Shown: piece after piece, positions 1 through 38,303 of the stretch
How positions within the stretch are numbered: the first letter of the stretch is position 1
How the letters are laid out: every line of letters starts with the position of its first letter
Assembly (NCBI RefSeq): GCF_009914755.1
Contig: NC_060941.1
Origin: the human T2T-CHM13v2.0 reference genome, Homo sapiens
Reading direction: 5' to 3' (one strand)
Length of the DNA stretch: 64,000 bases
Program-made: the position numbers and the translations under genes
The notes under the pieces: generated by a model
The model's input: only the letters and a program-made list of their open reading frames with translations
Told to the model about the DNA's origin: nothing
Databases searched by the model: none

Positions 1-124
1 TCCGTCTCAAAAAAAAAAAAAAGAAAAGAAATGAAATGAAATATGACAGTTATGTTTGGCTTCCAGTTTAAAAATGGCTTCCTGCCCAAATCCCTCTAGA
101 ATGATCATTAAAAAATTTAAAAGT

Positions 125-1208
<1,084 letters not shown>

Positions 1209-1219
1209 AAATTTTGAAG

Positions 1220-1716
1220 TGTAGCAGGACGAGCCACAGACAAAACTCCTCAGACGCCAGATTAAAGAAGGAAGAGGTTTTTATTCGGCCAGGAGCGTCA
1301 GCAGACTCGCGTCTTAAGAGCCAAGCTCCCCAAAAAAGAAATTCTAGCCCTTTTAAGGGCTTACAACTCTAGGGGGTCCACATGAAAGGGTCATGATAGA
1401 TCAAGTAAGCGTGAGGAACGTAACTGGGGGCTACATACATCAGCTAACAGAACAAAAAGTTTTACAGTGCTTTCTCATATAATGTCTGGAATTTACAGAT
1501 AACACCAGTAGTTTTGGTCAGGGTTTAATATTATTATTATTATTTTAACCACCAGGGCCAGGTGGTGGCGCCAAGGTCGTCTAGCTATTTATCTTACTTC
1601 TGTTTCTTTCCAACTTTTTGCTTTCTCCCTTTTCTCCTGTCTTATAAACTAGGGAAAAGGGGAGGTGGGGGAGAAGCTGGGAAGGACAACAGGAGAAGTG
1701 GTGGTCTCATTCCATA
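1220..1716 (-). mobile_element. Solo ERV1 LTR, LTR2 family (HERV-E/Harlequin, probably LTR2B)
   Basis: Minus strand reads TATGGAATGAGACCACC...AATAAA...CCTGCTACA, about 497 bp, flanked by GAAG/AAAG; family name from recall. Confidence 0.7.
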
Positions 1717-1946
1717 AAAGAAAAGGCTACAGGTCTGGGAGGCAGGTCAGACACTGCCAACGGCAACTGCAGCAAGAATAAGAAACAGTCCCTTCAAAGG
1801 AGCCAGGGGTACAGGTGCGCATCACGGAACTCCACTCCCGTGGAGACACAGCCAGGGGTGCAAGGATCGAAATCAGATTAGTGATTATCAGAGACTGGCG
1901 GCAGGTGAGGAGGGTGCAAAGGGGCACCAGGGCACTTTTTTATTTT

Positions 1947-3930
<1,984 letters not shown>

Positions 3931-3974
3931 AGGCGAGGGTGGGAGGCGTGGCTGAGGTGGGATGAGAAGAAAGT

Positions 3975-4350
3975 AGCGAAGTGAGGGGTAGGGGAGGCAG
4001 AGGCAAGGGTGGGAGGGAGATGGGGGTGAGGGGTGGGGGGGTGAGGGGTGGAGGAGCCGGAGGAGGGGTGAGGCAGATGAGGGTGAGGGGTCGGGGGATG
4101 AGGGGTGGAGGAGGCAGAGGTGAGGGTGGGAGGGAGGTGGGGGTGAGGGGTAGTGGGGTGAGGGGTGGAGGAGGCAGAGGTGGGGTGGGAGGCAGGTGGG
4201 GGTGAGGGGTAGGGGAGGCGGATATGGGGTGGGAGGCAGGTTGGGGGGTAAGGGGTGGAGGAGTTGAAGGCTGGAGGGGTCAGTGGTGGGGGAGGAGGAG
4301 GTGCGGTGGGAGGCAGGTGGAAGCGTGAGGGGTGGGGAGGCAGAGGCGGT
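3975..4350 (+). repeat. G-rich minisatellite (about 57-60 bp unit built on GGGGTGAGGGGT)
   Basis: The minus-strand translation shows a 19-20 aa period (SSTPHPPTPHPHLP...). Confidence 0.85.
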
Positions 4351-5111
4351 TGGGAATGCATCCTGTGCCTGCGGAAATTGGGGAAATTCCCCAGAGGGGT
4401 AGGGGCTTGGGGCTGGGCTCCCAGATTTGGCCAAGACCTGGCTGTAGCTATTCTGGGTCCTGGGAGAGACGGAACGTCCGGGCCTGGCTGAGCTGTGGCC
4501 TCTGGGGCTCCCTGGGGCGGTATGGGAAGGGGCCATGCTTTGCGTGAGAAATTATCTCAGGCTGGGCAGGCTGTGCCCAGCCAGCTGGTCCCCTTGCCCT
4601 CCAGGAGGTGTCTGGTCCCCTTTGGTCCTCTCTGGCCCTGTTTGAGGACCAGCTAGCATTTTTTTTTTTCTCCGCTGCCTCAGTCTTCCTTGCTCCAGGA
4701 AGCCTGTGCTGCCTGCTAAACTGCCTTATTCGTATTTCTTTTCTGTGAGATTCAGACACAATCTTCTCAGGGAAGCTTCATCTGGCCAGTTAGACATAGC
4801 CCCAGCCCTGGCTTGGGGCCAAGTTTCGGAATTAGTACAAAGAGAAGCAAAGGCTGCAGGTCCAGGCCCTGGCTTGTCTACACCGCTCCAGCCCCTACCC
4901 CCAGCACCCTCAAGTGTCCCATCTTTTTTTACTTTTAAGGCCAGGGCAGTTTCCACCTTCCAGACCCTGAAATGCTCTCTCCCAACTCTTTTTTTAATTT
5001 ATATTATGCACAGGCTTTAGACATGTCTTGCACATGTGAGTTGGATATTTTTCTACATCTAAAAGAGATGCCAATTTTATTTTTTAAAGCCAGTGGCAAA
5101 AATTTCAAACA

Positions 5112-8645
<3,534 letters not shown>

Positions 8646-9097
8646 TACAATCCAAGGCCTTTTTGTAACCAGAATTTGCAATTAAGGTTATCTGTCTACC
8701 CAATTGTCATTTTCACCGGATGTGGTGATGGCTCTGGAGGACTTCAGGTTGTCCACTTTTCACTTTTTTCTCAACAGCACAGCAGTGCCCTCTGCACTAT
8801 GATTATAAGCCATCCTGTCATTCAAAGCCTTCTTGAGCACCACTTGGATGCCAGGCACTGTGCTGGTTGCTGGGGATACAGCAACAAAGCAAGATCTCAC
8901 CCCTTGGAAAGTATGGTGGTAAGCCTGTGGCCCTGGACTTGAATCCTTGCTTTCTCACCTCCCAGCCTTGTGGCCTTGGCCTTACCCATGCTCAGTTTTC
9001 TTGTCTGTGAAATAAGGTTGCTCTGGGAGTTACATGTTGAGCGCTTAGCACAGTGTCTGGTGCATAGTGAGTGCTCCGTAAGTATTTTTTATTGTTA

Positions 9098-9523
<426 letters not shown>

Positions 9524-9589
9524 CTAAAGGAAGTGATGCTTAAATTGAGAGATGATGGATGAGCAGGAGTTGGCTAGATCAGATCAAGA

Positions 9590-9593
<4 letters not shown>

Positions 9594-9621
<28 letters not shown>
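9594..9621 (+). repeat. (TG)n microsatellite
   Basis: Directly visible. Confidence 0.95.
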
Positions 9622-9623
<2 letters not shown>

Positions 9624-9690
9624 CCTGGCAGGTGGAACAGAAGAGGCATGGCATACTGGGGAGACTGAAATGTGTTCAGAATGTCTAGAG

Positions 9691-10646
<956 letters not shown>

Positions 10647-10798
10647 GCCTAGAGTGTAATGTGCATGACAGGGTTGCCATGAGTGACGGATAGCGATGGA
10701 GAAGGGCATCTGGACTTTGAGGGCTCATGGTATGGAGTTTGCATTTTATTCCAAGCACCATGGGTGAGGTTTTGTGATTAAGTCAAGGCGTTAGGTGA

Positions 10799-11176
<378 letters not shown>

Positions 11177-11849
11177 TGAAGCAGGGAGACCAGTTTGGAG
11201 GTGGCTGCAGTTGCCCAGGGGAGCAGTGATAGTGGCTTGGACCACTCAGAAAGACAAATTTTGGAGGAAGAGCTGATGCCAGGTTTTGGGAGTGAGGGAG
11301 AGAGATTCCTAGGGCTACTTCGGTGGTGGTTGGGTCCCCAAGCTCCAAGACTGAGTCCAGACCAGGGCCCCGTTGGTGGTGAGGTCTGATTTTAGCAGTG
11401 CGTGCCCACCTCCTTGTCTCCACCTGCTGGCTGGTGCTTGGAGCACCTTTAGGGGAACTTTAGCCATCAGAGTCCTGGGGTCAGGAGGCTGGGAGAAGGT
11501 CCTGGGAGGTGGGAAAGTCCCCCAACTGCTGGGTGGATGGGTGGGTGGGACTGTGTTCCCAGGGGCATCTGCTGGGCTGAGCCTCTCCCTGGGGGCTGTC
11601 CACATCAGCTTTCTCCCCTGCCATGGGTCAACTCAGGCCCATTTATGGGCCACACGGCTGCTTGGAAGGCATGTGGTGGAGAAGGGGAGGAGATAGCTGT
11701 CAGTGGACTTGGGGAAGAATCCCCCATCCATGGCAGCTTCCATGGGTGGCAAGTCCCCAGCATCCAAGGGCTGCCTCTGAGTGTCACCCACCCCCACCTG
11801 AGACCTTAGTGGCTAGAAGGGGGAGGGGTGGGGGTGGAGCCTGATTCGC

Positions 11850-12134
11850 AGCAGGGTGTGTCCAGATGGTCAGTCTCTGGTGGCTAGCCTGTCCTGACAG
11901 GGGAGAGTTAAGCTCCCGTTCTCCACCGTGCCGGCTGGCCAGGTGGGCTGAGGGTGACCGAGAGACCAGAACCTGCTTGCTGGAGCTTAGTGCTCAGAGC
12001 TGGGGAGGGAGGTTCCGCCGCTCCTCTGCTGTCAGCGCCGGCAGCCCCTCCCGGCTTCACTTCCTCCCGCAGCCCCTGCTACTGAGAAGCTCCGGGATCC
12101 CAGCAGCCGCCACGCCCTGGCCTCAGCCTGCGGG
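11850..12134 (+). other. TRPV2: TRPV2 non-coding exon 1 (5' boundary approximate)
   Basis: Strong donor CGGG|GTAAGT at 12134/12135 in GC-rich context; joins the exon 2 acceptor TTTTGCAG|G at 13863. Confidence 0.8.
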
Positions 12135-13512
12135 GTAAGTCGGTGGGCAATGCTGGGGACGTTGGAGGGGGCCGGGTCTCCAAGCCTGACAGTGAATGAT
12201 GGGGTGGGGAAGGCCTAGTGGGCTCCTGGCTTCTACAGCCTGGAGCCAGGGTCTGTGTGGGGCTCCAGCACCCTCTCCCTGGACCTCCACACCCCTTCCT
12301 CTGCTGCCAGGGTGGGTGAGGGTCCCAGGAGGTGGGGTGGGGGCTGGACAGACAACTGTTGCTGCTGGGGCTTGGGAGTCTAGGGCTGGAGGAATGGGCC
12401 AGGGTTTGGTTGGGGACACAGATGGGCTAAACGGTATGAAACGGAAAGAGCACCCTTCTGCCCCAGTGTGTGTAGAAAGGGTGGTGGGTCACATCTGCAA
12501 ACTGAGGCAGCCAGGCAGCTCCCCACCTCCCATGTTTCCATGGGAAAATACCCCACCCGGGTCCCCAGGGCCTGGTCCCAGCCTACCCTCTCCACTTCCC
12601 TCTGCTGGTGCCGCTCCTCTCTGCTCTCTGCCCCCTGCCCCCTGCCCCCTTCTCCACCCTTCTGTCTCCTTACCACTCTTTGACTCCTTCTTCTTTCTGA
12701 TCCTGCTCACTGGGCCCATGAGGGTTCCCCAACCCTGACCGAGGCCCCACCCTTGCCAAGTGATGGAGGCTGTGGTTTCAGTTTTCCTGTGAGGGTGAGA
12801 TTGTGCTGTTTGCTGAGCTTCCTAGGCCAGCCTAGGGCCTGAGGCAGCGTGGTGGAGAGAGCCTGGGCCACAGGCTAGGGGCCTCCCTCCCTTCGTGAAG
12901 CCCCCAGAGGCCCTGAGGCACACAAAGGTAGTATTCGATGCCTTCAGAGCTGAATCAGACTGAAAATATAGACAGACCCTGAAAGGCTTTGAAAACGGAA
13001 GAGGAACGTCATGGTAGACGCATGGTGTCAGATCCGGCTCTGCCAACAACTGGCGACCTTGGGAAAGCCACTCCCCCTTTCTAAGCCTTAGTAGTCTTGG
13101 CAGCAAAATGAAGGGTTTGATAGTCTAGTGGTTTTCCCAGTTATTTCTTCTTAGAGCTCCCCTTCTTTGGCGAGGGGTTGAGTGACTGGCCCCATCCCAG
13201 TCATCGCACTTTTATCTGTTGGAATATTGGCTGCCAGGCAAGACGTTGTGTAAAGAAAGGGTTGTGCTGTTAATGTAAATGGTAACAGGGGTTGTGACCC
13301 CTCAGATTCCAGGAAGTCCCAGAGGAAAAGTCGGGGACAGTCATGGCTCTTCCTGGGGGACAACATCAAAAGGGTGGCCCTATTGGTTCCCTGTTCCTCA
13401 CCCCACAGGCCTCCCTCCCTCTCCTCACCCCTGCTGCTCATCCCTCCTGGCCCACTTCCCCTGCATTGGGGCTGGGCTCCCACACAGTGGGTGGACCTAC
13501 TTGCACTTGGCA

Positions 13513-13847
13513 TTTTTGCCATTAGAAGTAATGAGAAGTAATGGCAAAAACCGCAATTTTTTTTTTTTTTTTTTTTGAGACAGAGTCTTGCTCTGTTGCC
13601 CAGGCTGGAGTGCAGTGGTGCCATCTTAGCTTCCGGGTTTAAGCAATTCTCCTGCCTCACCCTCCCTAGTAGCTGGGATTACAGGCACAAGCCACCATGC
13701 CCAGCTAATTTTTGTATTTTTTTTAGTGGAGATGGGGTTTCACCATGTTGGTCAGGCTGGTCTCTAACAGCTGACCAGCCAGCCTCAGCCTCCCAAAGTG
13801 CTGGGATTACACCCAGCCACCACGCCCAGCCTTTTGCACTAACCTAA
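13513..13847. mobile_element. MADE1 (Hsmar1-derived MITE) remnant interrupted by an antisense Alu (about 13559-13830)
   Basis: TTTTTGCCATT...AATGGCAAAAACCGCAATT [Alu] CTTTTGCACTAACCTAA followed by TA. Confidence 0.8.
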
Positions 13848-13969
13848 TACCTCCTTTTGCAGGCTCCAGTCAGGCCAACACCGACGCGCAGCTGGGAGGA
13901 AGACAGGACCCTTGACATCTCCATCTGCACAGAGGTCCTGGCTGGACCGAGCAGCCTCCTCCTCCTAGG

Positions 13970-33192
<19,223 letters not shown>

Positions 33193-33284
33193 TGGCCCAG
33201 ATGCAGCAGGAGGCCAGAGGACAGAGCAGAGGATCTTTCCAACCACATCTGCTGGCTCTGGGGTCCCAGTGAATTCTGGTGGCA

Positions 33285-33290
33285 AATATA
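33285..33290 (+). terminator. Candidate variant poly(A) signal AATATA of TRPV2
   Basis: Only AT-rich hexamer about 95 nt after the stop; no AATAAA nearby; GT-rich sequence downstream. Confidence 0.55.
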
Positions 33291-34005
33291 TATTTTCACT
33301 AACTCACTCTTCTGGAAACATTATTTGGGCAGAGTTGCTGGGACCCTTAGAGCTGGCAATGTGTGCATGTCTCTGTGTGCACAGGTCTGTGTACGGGACT
33401 AGGTTGCTCCTGCCCTTGCCTGGGCACAGAGACCCTCAGTTGCTGTGTCCCCACCCTCACCCCCACATCCCCAAGTCTGGGGACTGTCCTCTTCCTGGGT
33501 ACAGGCAGCTGGCTGAGGTGCTGTGCCCATTGTTGTGGCAGATATATGGTGATGGACATGGGCAAACAGCCACCTCTCCTCTCTCTCCACCACGACACCC
33601 TTTGCTTTCCACACCCACCCTGCTTTTGGGCAGGTACCTGGGAAAACCCATTAAAGCCACCTCTCTTGCTTTCTCTTCCTACCGAGCTTCTTGCTCAATT
33701 CCCACCCCTCCCAAGCCATTCTCTGCAGGGCAGCCAGAGGGCCTTCCTAAGACATAAGACAAACATGTCCTCTTTGTGCTCTGAAGGCCTGAGAGGCTCC
33801 CCAGTACCCACAGAATGCCCTAGCTGACATCCCGAGACCCCCACGGTTTTGCCCAAGCAGTTCCAGACACCTCCTCCCCTCCACCTCTGTTGCCCCTCCC
33901 TCCTTAGCACTCTCCCCAAATTCATGCAGGCCGAGAGACCTCGTGCTTGATCCCTTGACCTGGCTCTTGCTGGAAGCCCCCCTCCTCCATTAAAACCCTA
34001 CACTT

Positions 34006-34156
34006 GGGGGTGGGGGGAGGGATAGCATTAGGAGATATACCTAATGTAAATGATGAGTTAATGGGTGCAGCATACCAACATGGCACATGTATACATATGT
34101 AACAAACCTGCACGTTGTGCACATGTACCCTAGAACTTAAAGTATAATAATAAAAT
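34006..34156 (+). mobile_element. 5'-truncated L1PA 3' end (about 150 bp)
   Basis: GGGAGGGATAGCATTAGGAGATATACCTAATG...ACATGTACCCTAGAACTTAAAGTATAATAA; TSD AAAACCCTACACTT. Confidence 0.92.
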
Positions 34157-34165
34157 AAAACCCTA

Positions 34166-34507
<342 letters not shown>

Positions 34508-34959
34508 TCAAAAGGTCTTATGATTGTCTTCCCAGTTTTTTGCAGTCAAAATGAATTTCTTTCCCTTGGTATAACGTGTGTGTGCAAAACGTGGTTGCAT
34601 GGATTCTTTTTCAAGGAGAGAGCTGAGCATGTTCATAGGCTGAAAGGAAAGCCACAGTAGAGAGAGTTTTCCATGGAAGGTGAGGCAGGGGCATAGGTGG
34701 AGGAGGCCCCAAGGAATGAGGAGAGGAAAGGAGGTGGGCAGAGCTTTACCCCAGAGGCGAGCAGAGGATGGACGTGGATCTAGATAAGACGTCAGCTCGT
34801 TCCCTAAAGGTCGTGCTAAAGGAGTAATGAGGGTGACCAGTGCGCAGGGGTTTGAGAAGCCCCGTGGATGTGGTGAAATAGCTGTGGGGAGAGTATTTGG
34901 CAACGCTCAATAGATTCAGGAGGAGCTACTAGGATGAATGGCTGCCTTGTGCCACAGCT

Positions 34960-35800
34960 CTACAGGCTTTCACGTGTGTCATCTCACGTGATCTTCTGGG
35001 GCGCTGGTGTCTCCGTTTACTAGAGGACCAATCGGAAGCTTAAAGAGAATGAGTAATTGGCCCAAGACCACCCAGCTAAGGAGTGGCGGAGGTGGGGCCC
35101 AAACGCGCGATCCAGCCCTCGCGCAGGCGCCCTGGAACTCCCCGCGCGTGTTGTGACCCAGAATTCCCGGGGCTGTGGAAGAGACCATAGACTCAACAGG
35201 AGGGGGAGTCCTGGGTAGCGCGCCGGTCTAAATCGTTACTTGGCGGAAAGTTCCCATGAGTCTTTGCCAGCGTCCCCCTCCTTTTGTGAGGATTGGGATA
35301 TTCCGACTCCTTAAGGGCCTGGCGCACATAAGGTGTGACCTTTTCATTCCCGTTGTTATGGAGGTAGGCTCTCTAGGAATCTGGGAGTAGTAGCTGGGGG
35401 GCAAGAGCAAATAAAGAGCTCGAGCTTCTGTGGTCTCTGGGGAGATGTTCCCGGGAAGCCTGTCTAGAGGGCGGAGGGCAGCTGTTGAGATGGCGTGGCT
35501 CCCCGGCTCCTGCGCCCGCGTGGCTTTCGCGGCGGGCGCTGCGGCCCGGTATTGGACAGCCTGGCAGGGCAGCGCGGGGCCGAATCCGGCTGCCGTGGCT
35601 GAGGCTCATGGATCACTCTTTTGTGGTAGGGCCACATCTGCCAGAGCCTGGAGTCTGCGAAGGCCGGGACCCGGTTCCCCGGCCCACAGTGGGGGTGTGC
35701 AAACCCGAGAGAACTGGGTAAGTTGGGGTCGGCTTGCAGTTTGGGGTACCCCGAGGGCGGTGTACGTCGGTAAGATTGTAACAGTATTACTGGAAGACTT
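34960..35800 (+). promoter_or_regulatory. CpG-island promoter of SNHG29 with TCT initiator
   Basis: CpG-rich; CCTTTTC at 35339-35345 fits YC(+1)TYTYY; CACGTG at 34971 and 34985; TTGGCGGAAA at 35240. Confidence 0.8.
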
Positions 35801-35807
35801 ACTCGAC

Positions 35808-35880
35808 TGTCCTGATGATACTTGTAATAGGAAGTGCCGTCAGAAGCGATAACTGACGACGTCTAATGTCTATCTGACCG
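35808..35880 (+). ncRNA. SNORD49B: C/D box snoRNA SNORD49B (U49B)
   Basis: C box TGATGA 35813-35818; guide ATAGGAAGTGCCG 35827-35839; D' CAGA 35841; C' TGACGA 35854; D CTGA 35874-35877; flanking stem CGACTG/CAGTCG. Confidence 0.93.
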
Positions 35881-36338
35881 CAGTCGCTGAAACCTCTACA
35901 ACTTAGTTGACCGTAACTGCCAGAGCCCTGCCCTGAATTCCTGTCCTTACTCCCTCTTTAAGATTGCGTACCCACTGCAGAGTGCTGAAGACGGGGTAGC
36001 CACGAGGTGAGAGGCTCTCTGGTGTAGGGTTTAACATGGAACGTAGTTTTGTCACTTGAATGCACGGAAATTGGCGTTTTGACAGTTTTCTACGTTTAGG
36101 TGTTTTATACACTTTAGGGTAACGTTATCATGTCATTGCATAGGGTGGAACTTAAATAGAAACTGGAGATGGCTGCTTCAGCCACAGTCCTAACCTAGAA
36201 CTGCATTTAAAGCAAACTGATAATGCAGAAACAAACTCCTTCGTTAAGAAATGTCTCCAGTAGCAGGGTTAGCTTAAGTTTCAGGTAGGGTCTAGATCTG
36301 CGGTTGGAACAGTACTGGAGGGTTGTGAGGTGCTTGAC

Positions 36339-36409
36339 TGCTCTGATGAAATCACTAATAGGAAGTGCCGTCAGAAGCGATAACTGACGAAGACTACTCC
36401 TGTCTGATT
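36339..36409 (+). ncRNA. SNORD49A: C/D box snoRNA SNORD49A (U49A), guide for 28S rRNA Cm4426 (older numbering)
   Basis: C box 36344-36349; D CTGA 36404-36407; 9-bp stem CTTGACTGC/GCAGTCAAG; guide ATAGGAAGTGCCG complementary (one mismatch) to 28S CGGCUCUUCCUAU. Confidence 0.95.
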
Positions 36410-36877
36410 GCAGTCAAGTCTTCACCACTTGCTGGTTCCCAGGAGTAAACTTGTTTGAACGGTGACCTAATTGCTATATTCACCTAGGTTGCAAATTCGT
36501 GAAGAATCAGCATCATGTTTGGCAGCTGAGTATTGGAGCCAGGAGCCTGCCATGAGGTAAGCCTTGCTCTATGGGGAGGCTAGTGGCTGACCACGCCTAG
36601 CTGTCAGGTCGAATATTGGCAATTGGATTTGGTTAACCTAATACCTTGTAACAGTGTAGCCTATCCCAGAGATACTGATTTTAGTTTCCGGTGGCAGTGG
36701 AGCCAGGGTGGATTACCTAGAAAGAGGGGCTACTCTATTTACCTCTTGGCTGTTTAGTTTCGGGCAAATTACCTGTCTGCTGAGATGTAGTTTTCCTCAG
36801 ATGTGAAAAGGAAAAGTAATCTTAGCTTTGTGAAGTTTAAATTGATATGACTGAAATGGAGATTACAACTCCCCTGA

Positions 36878-37178
<301 letters not shown>

Positions 37179-37530
37179 CTACTGAGAAGCTAATTAAGAT
37201 TTGTAGTCCTCAATAATTTACAAAAACTTAGAAAAATTACCTCTAATTAGGTCTTAAGGGGCTTTTGTTAGGATGGACTTAAATTTGTAAAGTCATTAAT
37301 TGACTCTGTCATCAGAAATGCCTGTCCTGCTCTGCATCTGCAGTCTCTAAGGTGTATGCGCCTTCTCCATTCCCCCAGGTTTTGAGAACAGAGTGCTGTT
37401 TTAGAGCTGGCAGCAGCATCTCAGCCCAAGAGAAGGTAAGCCTTGAGCTGGCCAATGATCCCTTCAACCCCATAGTGGAATGAATAAACAGCTGATCTTG
37501 TTAAAACTCGCTTCAAAAAAAAAAGATATC

Positions 37531-37603
37531 AAATGATGAAATCACCCAAAATAGCTGGAATTACCGGCAGATTGTGTAGTGGTGAACCTACCGTTTTCTG
37601 AAG
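37531..37603 (+). ncRNA. SNORD65: C/D box snoRNA SNORD65 (HBII-135), guide for 18S rRNA Um627
   Basis: C box ATGATGA 37533-37539; guide AGCTGGAATTACCG perfectly antisense to 18S CGGUAAUUCCAGCU; D' CAGA 37568; D CTGA 37598-37601; stem AGATATC/GATATCT. Confidence 0.95.
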
Positions 37604-37884
37604 ATATCTCTTACCCTGTGATTGACTGTCAGTTGGTGCAGAAAGTGAGATTGAAATGTAGTTTCTTTGCAGGTTATATTCCCAGAGGATGTCAGTCCCA
37701 AGGACCAGTAGCTGCCATCAGTTTGGATTCTGAAAACTAACTGGCATCAACACTGGGTGTAGAAACATGCTTGCCTTATGTATCAGAGGACATGCTCAGC
37801 AGATCCAAGAGATATATTTGGCAACTTTTTCTAGAAAAGGCACATTGGGTATCATTCATTACATTTTTGAGTTTTTTTGGGTTT

Positions 37885-38130
37885 TTTTTTTTTTTTTTGA
37901 GACAGTCTTGCTGTATTGCCCAGGCTGGAGTGTGGTGGCACAATCACAGCTCATTGCATCCTCAATCACCCAGGCCTAAGCAATCCTCCCACCTTGTAGC
38001 TGGGACTACAGCTCACAGCACACCTGGCTAAAATTTTTTTTTTGTTGAGACGGATTCTCTATGTTGCCCAGGCTGGTCTCAGGCTCCTGGGCTCAGATGG
38101 TCCTCCTGCCTCAGCTTCCAAAGGCACAGG
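37885..38130 (-). mobile_element. Old AluJ-like element in the SNHG29 terminal exon
   Basis: Diverged antisense Alu preceded by poly-T. Confidence 0.85.
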
Positions 38131-38297
38131 CCAAGTTGTAGCTTTGTCCCTTGCCATCATGCCCAACAAGAGGTTCTATACCTTTTAATGAATTGACTTT
38201 CATAAATTGGTTATGTTGGTGGGCAAGTTCTTTAAGCTGGAAATTGTAAATTCCTCCTGAAATGTTTTTTCATGCAGTTACCATGAACTAATACTAC

Positions 38298-38303
38298 AAT
38301 AAA
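38298..38303 (+). terminator. Poly(A) signal AATAAA of the SNHG29 short isoform
   Basis: Canonical hexamer at the end of the terminal exon, with T/GT-rich sequence downstream. Confidence 0.75.

Noticed and set aside
13513-13558. miR-548-like MADE1 hairpin
   Set aside because: The left arm is truncated and the right arm is split by an Alu, so the stem is too short for a pre-miRNA.
35825-36390. 35-bp exact direct repeat, superficially CRISPR-like
   Set aside because: Only two copies 531 bp apart; it is the shared core of SNORD49B and SNORD49A.
36795-36860. Possible fourth C/D snoRNA (GATGTGA...CTGA) in an SNHG29 intron
   Set aside because: No proper C box, terminal stem or recognisable rRNA complementarity.
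37586-37597. SNORD65 reads CCTACCGTTTT where I recall CCTATGGTTTT in the reference
   Set aside because: Rests on memory alone and lies outside the 18S guide; needs alignment to RefSeq SNORD65 before calling a variant.
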